From: Epiperipatus broadwayi
Taxonomy: Eukaryota; Animalia; Onychophora
Direction: 5' to 3'
Assembly (NCBI GenBank): GCA_028023455.1
Contig: JAQFVV010000002.1
Coordinates: 1,054,001-1,118,000, forward strand
Length of the DNA stretch: 64,000 nucleotides
The notes below the pieces were generated by a model. That model did not search any database. It saw only the letters and a list, made by a program, of their open reading frames with translations, and was not told where the DNA came from. Shown here in pieces: positions 1 to 13,560 of this stretch (positions are counted from its first letter, which is position 1; each line of letters opens with the position of its first letter). Both the position numbers and the translations under genes were made by a program.

Positions 1-1161
1 TTTGTGTGACCAAAAATTATCACCAACATATTAGTTGTGAGGGTTTTTGTTAGCAACTAATCTTTTTTTTAAAAAAGTGTCTTTTAATAAATTAGAAAAA
101 AAAAATGAATTAGAGATAGTAGTATTCTTGTATCTATTAAAATCAATCTTTCTTCATATTTAAATAGTATAAAAAACATTTAAAAATAAGTATAGTTGTA
201 TAAAGATATTGATTGCTTAAATATTTTATGGTGATTAACTTTTTAATTATTTATTATTTTCACCTTCAATCGTTATTGATCCTCTGCAGAATAATGATCT
301 CCCCATATTTAATCCAGTTTCTCTGATCCTTATTTTTTTTTATTCAGTACATATCAACAAATTTTCTTATTCATCCAATATAAAACATGTAGTCTTTTGC
401 TAGAAAGAAGTTTTCTGTTAACAGAAAAGTGACCATTTGATTTCTTTTTGAGACCTTAACAGAACTAAGTAGGGAAAATTCCTAATAACCACTCCATATG
501 TTCTTTCATTGCAGCTGTTATTACTATATGTCTATTCATAAAGTAAATAAATATGAACAGGCTCACCTACCCATATCAGTTAGTATAATCAGTTTATTGG
601 CTTTTTATCTCTAGGTTTGACTAAACAGCAAATTATTTATTCTCAAATGTCTGATAATTTCTTAACTAAAATCTGCAGTAATATTTCTTAAAAACACATA
701 GAATATGTGAAAGAAGGAGCTTTTTCAAATAGATATTGATATTTATATTACTAAAAAATAATTTCTTTGGAAAAATCAATAAAATTATTATTTAGAAATT
801 CCATGATTCTAACTTTTTTTGAAGACTATTATGAAATAAATCAGTTGCAGTATTCGCTTTGGCAACATGGCTATTGTGAAATAAATTATCAGTTATCTTT
901 GGAATTCTTTTTTGCAACAGAGAATAAAAAAAAACTAAGTAACAACAACTTCAACTACTGAATGACAATTTTTATTTAATAATGACTGATTACTATGCCT
1001 TAAATTTATGCATTAATCTGTTCAAAATAAAATTTAGAATATACCTATTAAGTTTGTTAAAATGATTTTTTTGCTGGAGTAACCAATAATAAATTTGCTA
1101 TTGCACAAACATTTTTTTTAAAGTTGCAACATTACACAACTGCACTAAAATCACCATAGAT

Positions 1162-1650
1162 CAGGGGTGGGCAAATAGCGGCCCAAGGGCCACATGCGGC
1201 CCACTAAGAGTTTTTATGTGGCCCACCAAGACAATCAGAAAAATCCACTTTGAAATGAGATTTCTTTCCCATGCAGGACCAAAGATTCATCTTGTATTTT
1301 CCACTAGGATGGCCACATCAATACACATGCACAGTGTAGATATAATGTGCAGTGCTTTTCCAGTTGATCTGGTTAATTTCAATTTTGTCTTTGCATGAGC
1401 AAATATATACATTTCCAACATTAGTGAAATCATGAACCCTCTGAAAAAATGTAAAATCAGTGATTCAAGAGTTTAATGAAGAATGGATAAACAAATATTT
1501 CTTTGGTAATACAGGAAATAAAGCAGTGTGTTTATTGGGTCATGAAAAAAGGTGCAGCCCTCCGCTAACCTTTGCTTCCACAAAGTGGCCCCCGATGCAG
1601 TTCTCCACCAACATCTGCAGCCCCTAAGCCAAAACAATTGCCCACCCCTG
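1162..1650. mobile_element. Non-autonomous hAT (Buster/Charlie-type) MITE
   Basis: Perfect 13 bp TIRs (CAGGGGTGGGCAA 1162-1174 and TTGCCCACCCCTG 1638-1650). Perfect 8 bp TSD CCATAGAT (1154-1161, 1651-1658) with central TA, as in Buster targets. Subterminal GCGGCCC/GGCCAC motifs; no transposase ORF. Confidence 0.92.
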
Positions 1651-4600
1651 CCATAGATCAATATTTTATGCTCATAGATTTCTCAAGTATTACTTCAAAT
1701 CATTATTATATTAGATCTTATCTAAATATAAAATTTTTTAATGCCATTTTAATCTGAATAAAATTCAGTCTTTTTCTATATAGTATTAATAATAACATCT
1801 AATAATATCCTACATTTTGTTGAAAGCATAACTGTTTTACAATCATGCTTATGTAATAAATAATAAGCAACTCTATGATGATATCAGAATATTTAACATT
1901 GAATTAAGTTTCTGTTTAAGCTACGATTATACTTTCTACAACAATAACATTTTTAAACTATTGACATTTACATCTTAATCTTTTAATTTTGGAATGTATC
2001 AATAAAATGTTTTGTTTATCCCTGAATTTAGCGTTTAACAGAATGTTGATTCTTATTATAAAAATTATATTATTTTTTAACTTTATGATATTTTATTATT
2101 TTTAGCGGTGAAATCTTTATAATAGCAATAATCGATCATTCCTCAGTAAAATTTACTTCAAGTAGCTAACAAATTGTTCTTTAAATAACAATATTTCATA
2201 AAATAAAATAAAAATGCATACCTGTTCGCCATAAATTTTATTTTATAACATCATTAATACCACCCTTCTTTATAGAAATATAGAAAGCAAAATAAAATGA
2301 TTTGTAAGTAAGAAACTACTGTGGTAATTAGCTTATATGCTGTATAAGTTCTAATTTCTTTTAGAAAATCTTAAGATTTAATAAAAGCTTATAATTTTTT
2401 ATATGTTATTAAGTATCCTAGAAAGACATTTATACAAATGGAAAAAAAAGTCTAAATTTTTAAAAAAATATATTATTAATTCAAATTCTTCTGAATTAAT
2501 AATATTTTATTAAAAGAATTAGTTTTACTTTATAATTTAAATATGTAAAAATATTTTTAATGAAACTAGCTAGGCTCATACTTCTCTAGTGACAGCTAAT
2601 ATAAATTGCAATAATCACTGAATGTCGGATGCCTTATTGCATTTTAAATCCTCATTCTCAAAGAGGTTTCTGGATTTTTTAATTATAAATGCAGTTTTGG
2701 ATTCAAAGCTAGAAATAGTGCAATTATGCATTTGGCAAAGTACCGTTAACTTCATTTTATCACTCTCACTATCAATCTGAAATTCAAATCAGCCAAAATA
2801 TTGAATCCAAATCAACCTTCTCAGATCTTTATTAATTGTAGGCACATTTTCTGCTATCTAGGAATGAGCAACAAATTGTTTAATTCTTTTATGATGACGC
2901 ATGTGTGCAGCATTCTATCAGATTACTAGATTGTTCAAACTTATAGTAGATATCATTGGTGTAAAGAACTGTTTCTATTTTATTATATAGTGGTTGAACT
3001 GAACATTAAGTGAGTTGTTGTCATTATTAATATGTATAGCAAAAAGGACAATGTGTTTAAATTCAACAAAGAACTAAGAATACTAAAATATATAAATATT
3101 GAATTCTAGACAGTTCTATAATAACTGTTCAAAAAGATTGACTTGGGATCAAAACCCTAGGCTGAATTGAATTACAGATCGATAGTCTGAAAATTAAAAT
3201 GAAGTTAAAACGGTATCTTGATACATAGCCCTATTATTTCTAAGTTTGAATCTCAAGTTTAATTGATAAGCTCAACAGCCAGAATTTGTTTGAAAATGGG
3301 AATTAGAAGTGTGATAACATATCTGGTAATTACTGCTTATAAAAGCTTATACTATATGATGGCCCAAAATCAATTGTTATTCATAATCCATACAAACTTC
3401 CCACTGGCAGTTAAAGAAATGAGCCATAGATCTTCATTTCTAGAATCCATTTCTTTACTATTACATTAAACCAAATACGGATCTTTATTTATCTTAATAT
3501 GAACAGGCACTTTAAATAATTTAGAAGGAAGTAAAAAAGCGCGCACACACATCCGCAGTACTTTTTTTTTCATTACAACTATTTTCAATAACTATTTATT
3601 AACCTTTAGCAAGATTTTATGGACATAAACTTGGATCTATTACGCAAGGATGAAGAATAATTCGGTTGTCCAGTACTAGGCTGTCAATATAAATAAAACT
3701 ATTAGTCTTTATTAGATAATAAATTTAAATCTTTAGCTTCATAAAATTTAAATGAAACACTTTCTGTAATATTTAGTTATTTTAGGTTCTGCAACATTAT
3801 TTTCACTCGATTGTTTTACACAAAGTAGTTATCTATATATTTGATTATGGTTATTATATTTAAAAAATATCTCATTTATTTTATTTGTCAGTAATCCATT
3901 TAAATTTTAATGACCAATCTATTGAACATTCTATATTTATTTAAGGCTCCATAAAAAATCACTACCCAGTGAATAGAGGTGACTTATGGTTCAGTGATTA
4001 TAAAAGTAATAAATGAGTGGCTTTATCACTTGGGACTTCATAATAAGTTGAACCACCATAAGTGACAGAACTGAATGTGATCCAAGAACCTTAAAACTCC
4101 AAAGTTTAACATTTTATCTTTGTATCAAATCAGGCAAAGTAATAATAATTCGCTTTAGTTTTATTTAGCTTACAATTGTATAAAATTAAGACAATTATAA
4201 AAAATGCATTACATTTTATATTTATTGAGTTAAATACTCATTAAAAACTAAAGTGTGAATAGTAAAGATAAAATGTGTCTATAAGTCACTTTTTTAAAAA
4301 AAAGATCGTTAGTAAACTTTTTTGTAAACTAAATCAAAAATATTAATGTTGACGAAATACATGTTCTATGTATTGATGAATTGAAATACAAACATGTATA
4401 TGAAAATTTTAGAATATCAAAGTAGAAATTAATAATAAAAATAATAAATTTATTTAATATTAATAACTATTACTAATTAATAATAGTGTAGCAATAATTA
4501 TAAAAATAAAATACATATTTCCTCTTTTTTTTTTTTAAAAAAAAAAGTATTTATTATTAGTCTTCAAAAAAAAAAAAAAAAATCAATTCCTTGGAATTAG

Positions 4601-7600
4601 TATTCTAGAGACAATGTGCTGTATTGCAGTTAATTAAGGGGGTTAAGAGCAATCCAGTCATTATTTATTTAGACATCAGTTAAAACATATATTGTTTTCT
4701 GTCATCCATTTTAATAATCTAAGAATTATGTGACGATTTTTTTTTCCCCATTTATAAAATTACATTCTCATTTACTATTTTTTTTCCCCCAGCTAATTTT
4801 GATCAAAGTAAAACGTTTAATTTTAAATTGCATTTAGTTTCCTCTAGAGGGCAGTCTCATTTCTATGTTCATCTGTTTGCAAGCATCAGCAGGTATAACT
4901 GAACTCTTTTAACTTTCTCTAATGATAATCTAGACTATCCATGTACACATGTTGATACTGGAGTATTTTAGTAAAAACATATCTATAGATTAGCATTTTA
5001 GTCTAAAAGTAGTTAATTTGGATACAAATAAGACAACCTTTAAAATTGCTGATAAACTTCCCAGCTTTCAATTATTTGAAATAGATATTCTCTGGGAATT
5101 CTTTAATCACATATTGCAGAGATGTTGCAGGATATGTTTTGTTAAACTTCAAATTAGGAATAGCATTGATTTTCAGGTACGTAATTTATAATGTTAATGT
5201 TTAAGTGCTTCATTATATACATTTTTGTTAAATATTTAATTTAATTCAATTTTCTTCTATTCTACTAGAATTTTTTTAAAAAAAAAAAACATTAAATAGA
5301 ATAATAGAATTTCATACATTTAGACACACAGATGCTTATATATACACACACATACGTACATGCATAAGTATGTATCCGGTAATGCGCTTGTATATAAGAG
5401 AATGAAAAGTCTATTGAATGCTATCGATAAATCCCAGCAATTTTTTACTTTTACCGCCTTTGTAAACAGCTGTTAAAATACTTTGAAATATTCGACATCA
5501 TTTATTTATTTTAATAAACTTTACTAAGGATTTTCTTTTTTAACTTCAAATTATTTTGATTAGAAACATAGCTTTTAATATTAATAGAGAAATTAATAAT
5601 AATAATAATAATAATAACAATGATAAGCAAATAGGACAAAGTTTTGAAGTCAGAGCAGATTATAGCTGCTTAATATAAGATTAACTTCTTCGGTAAGTTT
5701 TTTAGTAGAGAAAATATGAGACAATTAAAATGAGTTTAAAACTTAAAAACAAAGAATATATATATTGCTAACAAATTTTAAAATTTAAACTAATACTAAT
5801 TTAATAATATTTTTGAGAAAAAGAGAAACAAATAGAAGAAGAAAGATGAAGATGGAAATAATTCTTAGAAATATAAAAGTTTAAACTCATCTCATATAAA
5901 TAACCTATTTAATAAATGACAAAACCTTTTTTGTTTAATTAAAACTATAGTTATATACATATAAATTAACTCAAAGCAGAAGGAAAACTTTTTTTTATGT
6001 TCCAATTAGTAAAAAATAAAAAATAAATATTTTAAGTAATATTATCCTATGCAATTTTCAAAAATCCAAGGAAAAAAAGTTATTTATTAAAAAAATGAAC
6101 AGTATATCAGCACTAATAATTTAATATCTATAAATAACTTGTCAGATACATTAAAATGAAAAGTTATTATTATTTTTAAGTATATCTTTTAATATTATTA
6201 ATACTTATCCAGCATCTTGTTTAAAACACCATGCAATTTGAAAATTGTATTTTGTGTCATTTAATGAAAAATATTTTTTAAATTTTTGGGTAAATACAGT
6301 CTTGATGGTAATCGAATGCAATCAACCAATTATAAAAATACAATAAGTACTTAAAAACTTTTTTTGAAGGGGTTGGGAAATGGTATATGTGCCTGCAGTA
6401 CTTTTTTTTTAGTTGTTATATGCAAATATTGTATTTTAATATAATTTATAATTTTGTTAATTTTTTTTTTTTAATTTGACATCTTTTATATGTTATTTCG
6501 ATACTAAGACAAAGTGCATTTTATATTAAGAGTAATTTTAAAAAGGTTATTAAAAAAATTAACAAAAGAAAATTGGTGAAGTATATAATGTGAAATCATT
6601 ATCAAATACATATAAATTAATTTGAAGGATGGATCAATGTTAAAAAAATCTGACTTACATTAAACGTAATGAGAGTAAAAGAAATTGCTAATGAACATCC
6701 CTATTGGTCAAGAGAGATGTCTTATTGAACTTATGCTTTAAAGGGAATTTGTTTCATTAAGATGCAAAATAATATTAGTGAAAGAATAACATAAAAGTTT
6801 CAATAAGAAATCTTATTTAGACTAAAATAGTTTTGTTATAGACTTGTTGTAAACTTATTCTCAACAAAGAGTCTTTATATGCAATCAGTATAAATAATCT
6901 AAACATTTTTGATAAAACCTTATATAAAGTCACAACAGAAAGTTAGATTGCAATTCTCTAAGGAAAAATTTCTTGAATTTTAGTAGTTTTTATGAAATAA
7001 ATAAAATATCCTTTTCAACAACTCTTAATAGAGGAAATGTAATGAAAAATGTATTTTGTTGCCAAATATTGATGAGTTGTTTTTTTTTTCATCCTGGAAC
7101 TAAGAATACGAATTTTTCAATCAATACTGCAGTTAAATAATTTGGATATCACTTAGTCTAAATAAATATCCTACGTCTGATAAAAAAACTGAAAAAAATT
7201 CAAAATATTTGCCACACTAATTATAATATAAGTCAAAACTAGAGGTAGTATTTTACCCTTATTCCCTCAGGCTTTTTATTATAAGTTATATGATGTGGTA
7301 AACAATAAATACCAACAAAACAATAACCTACTTAGAGCAGTAACAAACTTAGCTTAATTTAGTTATGTTATGAGCTAGACATCTCATTAAGAAAATATTC
7401 TGATTGAAATATACCCAGATTATAAAGTATTTTTAACTCTGAATATGTTTTATGTGAGACAATCTTCTGAGTTAATAATAATAATTTAACTTAGTATTAC
7501 TTATATACCAAACTTCTGAGATAATAGAAATATATAAATTATTATTTATAGATTAAATTAATAGTTATAAATATATCAAATTGATAAATAATGTATGAAA

Positions 7601-8203
7601 ATGTAGAAGTAAGATAGGTCATTCTGAAAGTTAATATATACTGACTTCTTTTACACAAAATACAACTGTGTGTGATTTGTAGCTAAATATTGAAAAAGAA
7701 ATGAAGTGAATTTATAAAAATGATTAAAAGTTGTAGATTAATAAAATAATTGCACAATAATCTAAAAATATATTGAAAATCTTATCATAAACTCTACCTT
7801 AATAAAGAAACATGTTTCATTACTTATGATATAGCTCCAAATTTGAAATGATAGAATAATCTAATAAAAAAAATCTGTCAATAACAAACATGACAACTAT
7901 CACCATATGTTATTTATTGTTAGTAATATGCTTGATTACCCAACTTGTTTTAGGCAGAAAATGTAATAAATATATATAGAATATATTATTTTCAAATAAA
8001 ACATATTTTAATGTTTTTTAAGGCTTTGATTAATTTAAGTACAAATGAAATTATTATTTCTACCATAGATTTGTCAGTTTATGAAGTATTTAGATATTAT
8101 GTATGTGAGTTCAAGTTTAGTTAGGATTGTATAATTTTTAACTAATTTGAATATGTAAATAAACATTTATATTTAGCGCTGTTTCTAATTGTAATAAATT
8201 AAA

Positions 8204-8428
8204 TCAGCCATTCAAGCTATTGTGCACTTTTTACGAGTGTTAAATAATAAACGAGTACTTTCACTTCCAACACAAGATATAGTATTTAGGAAAGAATAAA
8301 ATGAATCCACTTATTCTATACGACCCAAATGCTTATTCTTTCCTAAATACTATATCTTGTGTTGGAAGTGAAAGTACTCATTTATTATTTAACACTCATA
8401 AAAAGCGCACAATAGCTTGAAGGGCTGA
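8204..8428. mobile_element. Fold-back element A (MITE-like, ~95 bp inverted arms)
   Basis: Arm TCAGCCATTCAAGCTATTGTG...TTTAGGAAAGAATAA pairs with TTATTCTTTCCTAAA...CAATAGCTTGAAGGGCTGA. Flanked by TTAAA on both sides (8199-8203, 8429-8433). A related relic lies at 16590. Confidence 0.8.
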
Positions 8429-8598
8429 TTAAACTTGAATATATATATATGATAAACAAAACAAGTTATAAATTTCATAACTTGCTTTTAGCTTGCATTT
8501 TATGATCACTAGATAGAGCTTTACCAATAGTTCCTAACAAGCTTTGTTTACATAAACACCGAGAGAGAGAGAATTCAATATCTCTTTTGTTGTCTCCA

Positions 8599-8645
8599 CT
8601 TTCAGACCAGCTGGTTTCAAGCTAGTTGGCTCACATTAGTGAAGG
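8599..8645 (-). ncRNA. Degenerate type I minimal hammerhead ribozyme motif (left arm of element B)
   Basis: Minus strand reads CCTTCA-CTAATGT-GAGC-CAACTA-GCTT-GAAA-CCAGCTGG-TC-TGAAAG. GAAA, the palindromic stem III ACCAGCTGGT and the GUC cleavage triplet are intact; the CUGA part is damaged. Confidence 0.6.
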
Positions 8646-8678
8646 TTTGGAAGACTAGAAACTAGATAGTCTTCCAAC

Positions 8679-8725
8679 CCTTCACTGACATGAGCCAACT
8701 AGCTCAAAACCAGCTGCTCTGAAGG
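8679..8725 (+). ncRNA. Degenerate type I minimal hammerhead ribozyme motif (right arm of element B)
   Basis: CCTTCA-CTGACAT-GAGC-CAACTA-GCTC-AAAA-CCAGCTGC-TC-TGAAGG. Stem I CCTTCA/TGAAGG and stem II GAGC/GCTC are present. G12 is mutated in this arm but intact in the opposite arm. Confidence 0.6.
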
Positions 8726-9116
8726 TGGAGACAACAAAAGATATATTGAATTCTATCTCTCTCGGCATTTATATAAACAAAGCTTGTTAGGAGCTATTGG
8801 TAAAGCTCCATCTAATGATCATATATATATATGGAGAGTATCTTAGTTAAATTACCATCTTATTCAAATTTTAATAACAAATTGAGTTGTTGCTAACACA
8901 GCTTCTGCAAGAGGTTTAGTTAATTTTCCATCAACATTACCAAATATATGATTCTATAAATTTCTAAAGAAGGCTAAAAGCAATGTTAATAAATGTGTGT
9001 GCATGCATAGAATAGTTTTCATGGGCAAAACATGTATTATATAATTCATGGAAACTTTGTAAACAACTGGTATAATATTCATAAAGTTATTACATTGTCA
9101 TTGCAAAGATACACAA

Positions 9117-9266
9117 CTATAAGCTTAAGACTATGCTCCTAAAATGCTTCAGTAGAGACCTCTACAAATCTAAACACAAGATTAACGACTTTAAAAGACA
9201 AGAGTCTTGTGTTTAAATTTGTAGAGGTCCCTACTTTGTATTATAGGCATAGTCTTAAGGTTATAG
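9117..9266. repeat. Fold-back element C (~60 bp imperfect inverted arms)
   Basis: CTATAAGCTTAAGACTATGC...GACCTCTACAAATCTAAACACAAGA pairs with TCTTGTGTTTAAATTTGTAGAGGTC...GCATAGTCTTAAGGTTATAG. No clear TSD. Confidence 0.7.
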
Positions 9267-9697
9267 CCTTAATATATATTACTTATGTTACAAAGTATTA
9301 ATTACAACTTTAAAGACACACGACTGTAAAAAAATATTTAAGAATTATAAAAAAAGTAGAACATGTGAAATTACAGAATAAAATAGAGCAAGATTGCATT
9401 TTGAATCTTTATATAAAACTCCAATTAGAAAAAAAAAGAAAAATATTTTTATTAGAGCATGCATTTCTTATATAAATGAAAACAGAAAAATTGAACATAT
9501 ATTGAAAAACTATAACATTAACACAACATTTTCCACTGAAGAAAAGAAAATAGTCTGATCAAACCAATGGGAATTATATCTTTTGAAATTCAAAAATTAT
9601 ATGAGATTCTTAGTGGTATATTTCAGGCCACATGCATAAGAATGAATAATGTCACATTACAAGAAATGAGCATATTAATATTGTAAAAATCACTCAC

Positions 9698-9752
9698 CAT
9701 CCTCAGTACAGACTGTCCCGTATATATTTTTTAAAACTAATCTATCGCAATG
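9698..9752 (-). CDS. Candidate 55 nt internal coding exon of an unidentified host gene
   Basis: Acceptor TTCGTCTTTTCAAAATCAG and donor ATG|GTGAGT. A single open frame, HCDRLVLKNIYGTVCTED, with CpGs retained. Protein not recognised and no partner exons confirmed. Confidence 0.3.
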
Positions 9753-11129
9753 CTGATTTTGAAAAGACGAAATTGTATTAATAAAGGTAAGTGAACTGTC
9801 AAACAACCAACTACATAAAAGATCTTAATAGAAATAAATACTTAATTTACATAATGTATCTGGTCTTTATTACCTAAAGTTTTCTTTTCAATCTTTGCTT
9901 GTGATTATTTTTATTTCAATGGACAAAAATTACTTTAATCTATAATTTCATTATTATATTTCTTTTTACAATTTTTACTTATTTTTGCAACTCTCTAAAT
10001 TACTGCAACGATCACATAATAATCCCTTTACTCTGTTGAAGACAGATATTATTTTGATGATTATTTGTGTATATATCAGTATAATGAACTATTATTATAC
10101 TGATTTGTGAAATATGAAAGTATTCCATCTTCTCAAATATTCTCAAAAGTAATTTAGATTCTTTTGAATAAATATTAATTGAAAGATTTACGACTCACGG
10201 GTCTTTTAAAATTAAATAACAAACGTATTAAATAACAAATAATCTCAACACTACCACATACATATTCTTTTGAAAATATATGAACTAGACCCAATAAAAG
10301 ACAAATGACCCCAAGATGCATTTCGTATTGATTCAGTCTCTCATCATTTAAACAATATTATTTAGAAAATTGTGGTATTTGCATCTTTAACAAATATACA
10401 GCAATTATATCCGTTTTATTGGTCATATAAAAACATAGATAGTAAACTAGTATACAAGCGATTTATTTTTAATTCACTACAGTTCAAGCAAATATTAAAT
10501 AACTATTTTTAGCTTGCAGCGAAAAAATTAGTTGATTGCTTAAATTACTTTTTATTTATCTAATCACAGGAAAAAATCCAGTTAAAATATTAATCTTTAA
10601 ATATAAGATCTAAAAAAAAACATTTAATATATATAGGCACATACATCATATTTAATAAGTTTCACACATATTTAAGTTGTAAACAAATAGAAATATTGGA
10701 TATGAATATGGATAGTTAGAGAAAAGTGAGTAGCAATTTTGTTATTGCTAAGTAACTACAAACAAGTATTGCCACCAACTACCGTGATCATAGCTATTGC
10801 CACCAATTTTTATTTTAGAAAACAATAGTTTCGATCATAAATAGTAGCTGTATTTCTTGTGGTGAATTATCAACAGCAAAACTACAAATCATTTTTCTTT
10901 ACCTAATTATTTATATTTGTTTAAAATATATATATACGTATATATATAATTTAAAGGGTAGTAAACCAAAACGTCCAGAAAACTATGTATAAATAATACA
11001 ATTCTTTGGATTTTTTTGACATATGAGTGTTGCTTGCACATAGTTTTTGATTATTTCCATTCAAATTTTTATATACATTAAGCCATGCTTATTTGATTAT
11101 ATATAATCATTTTCGATCACTATCGATCC

Positions 11130-13560
11130 ATTACAGGCTGAAAGTCTCACTAAGTTTAATTCAGTTTTTGGGACCATAGATTTCCTTTTCAATATTATAC
11201 CAACAAAGTTCCTAACTTCATCTAGTCATCTCTTTATAGATGGATTTAGATTTTCTTGGAATCCAATTTAAGACTTCGATTGCCCATGTGTTATCATCAT
11301 TTCAAGCAATAGATTTGTGCTATCTCTACTTTAGTCTATTAATTCTTTTGTGCTGTTCCTAACTTATATGTATCTCTACTTTATTGAGTAGTCTTATTTA
11401 TTTATATCCATAAATAAGAACAAATAGCATATATTTGTTAAAAGCCTTCCTTTTCAAAGTATATATTTATTTTCTTTTAATATTAAATTCTTTTTAGGGA
11501 AGTCTTATTACATGATAATTTCATCCATTATCTTTCAATAATATTATGATCAACATATTTTAGTTGTTTACTTCTAATTTATATTATAAACTTTTAATTT
11601 CTACTTATGAAAAGATCCATTGAACATTTTTTTTTTTTTAGAATTTATCTTTATTCCTATGATTTTATATTCATCTTATAACTCTTGTAACATCTCCTTA
11701 AGAAGTGAAACATTATTTAATAAAACAACATATTATCGGCAAAATCCATATGATTTAAATAATCTCCATGCATTTTTATGGATTTAGTTTTCTATTTTAA
11801 TTCACAAAGACTTACTGTAAAACTCCAAAATTTTGACGATATGGAATTATTCTATTTCACCTGTTCTTAATATTGATTTGCTTAATATTATTATTATAGG
11901 TGTATAATCATGGCTTTTGCATTTTGATAAATCCTTTTTTTCTCATAATAACATTATTCTGGGTCTATATCTTGATTATTGAAAACTTTCAACTTTCACC
12001 AAAGTGGAAATATCTACATGAACAAATGCCTTTTTATATGCAATATATATATATGTGTGTATGTGTGTGTAAGAGTTTCTTTTACCACAATTGGGGTTTT
12101 TATATTTAACTTGAAATAAAAACATGGAAAGTCCAGAAATTAATTAAGTCAATCCCTATTTTTTTATAAGAAAGGATTTATTAAATTTTAATCTTGACTC
12201 CCGATGCTTTTATTTCAGATTAAATCTAAAAACACAAATTGTGGCTGAAGAAACTTTTTTTTTCTTTTTAGTGCATGGTAAATAAAAGCATTTATTTAAA
12301 AGAAATGTTTTCTCTCTATTATTATCTAATAAAAATATATTGATTAAAATTATTGCATGTATGGTTTGAAATATATAAGAATAACTTTTCATGATGCTTT
12401 TATGAATTGTAATAATAGAAATATTATTGAGACTAAATAGCATATTTTTATGAATTTATATAATTTTAAACATTTACAACAATTTCTAAACTAACATATT
12501 ATGATTGCATTTATATTTCTTCAGGGATTCCTTCAGAATCTATACCCAATCACTTGTTTATGATTGCAAGCTTTGATTGAACTTTATCAAATAGGATTTA
12601 TGTTTTGAATTAAAATTCATCAGTAGGATGGGTATCTATTATAATTTCTAGCCTTTCTTCTTAATATTTTTTTTATTAATTTATCTGATGGTTGAACAAT
12701 AGATTCTCTTAAATTAAGGTAGTTAAGAAGATTTGCAGAAGCTACAAAGTTTGGTTTAATTAATACTTTCAGCATTTTTTTTTATATCAGCTGGATTTCA
12801 CAAAGTTCTTTCAAAACTTGAATTTGACTCAACTTGAGTTTAATTCCAATCTTATTGGAAGTGGATTCTATTTTGGATTTTCTAGATGTAATAAATGATA
12901 GTGTAATGAATATACTCCTTCAACATTATATAATAAATTAGCGATTTCTTTTTGAAGGGTTCTTCTTACTCTTTTTTCATTTCAGTCTATAACTGTCACA
13001 TAACCTAATTATTTCCAGCATGGTAGGAAAGCATGAATCTCTCTAATCTATATATTGAATAAAAAATCAATAAAGAAAATAAACATAAGATAATATTAAT
13101 TGACAATGTTGCAATAAAATTTATTCATACAAAACACTATTTATAGAACCATCATTAGTTAATAATTCACTCTTTTAAATTTTACCATCATATAAATATT
13201 TAGATGAGTTTACCCTTATTTTTTAACTTTTAAATAATTTCTTCTTCTTGAAGTAAATTGATTTCAAATTTAAATATTTTCCCATTTCTAACACTAATTA
13301 TATGGCTAACTTTAATCTAACTTGAACAATGTCATATGCACATTACACATATATAGTATAGGTTTATGTTCATGAGTTTGGAATATAATATTTTGAATGT
13401 AAACTTTAATAACAAATTTCTGCATTATTGATATAATGTCTTGATACAAACTTTAAACTATTTCAATCATCATAAATGATCATTTTAAGTCATCATCATA
13501 ATCTATATAATGTTATTCCTATTGGATCATCATTGCCATCTATCAAGGTTGAAATACTTT
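11130..13560 (-). mobile_element. Highly decayed RTE-type LINE
   Basis: RTE 3' end homology near 11140-11340. RT motif GDYLNHMDFADN near 11735-11770. Weak endonuclease-like remnant near 13500. The upper boundary is uncertain. Confidence 0.55.

Larger units (their letters stand above)
8501..8823. mobile_element. Fold-back element B with a hammerhead-like motif in each arm (PLE-type inverted repeat)
   Basis: ~155 bp inverted arms around a ~9 nt loop (GAAACTAGA). The arms differ mostly at former CpG sites. Confidence 0.85.

Noticed and set aside
2600-3500. Possible decayed Gypsy integrase/RNase H or membrane-protein pseudogene on the minus strand
   Set aside because: Only vague motifs (e.g. 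RYFAKCIIALFL, ILGHHIV) among many stops. Cannot be assigned without a profile search.
5120-5176. Candidate plus-strand exon (DVAGYVLLNFKLGIALIF, CAG|GTACGT donor)
   Set aside because: The acceptor is weak, the peptide is not recognised, and no compatible neighbouring exons were found.
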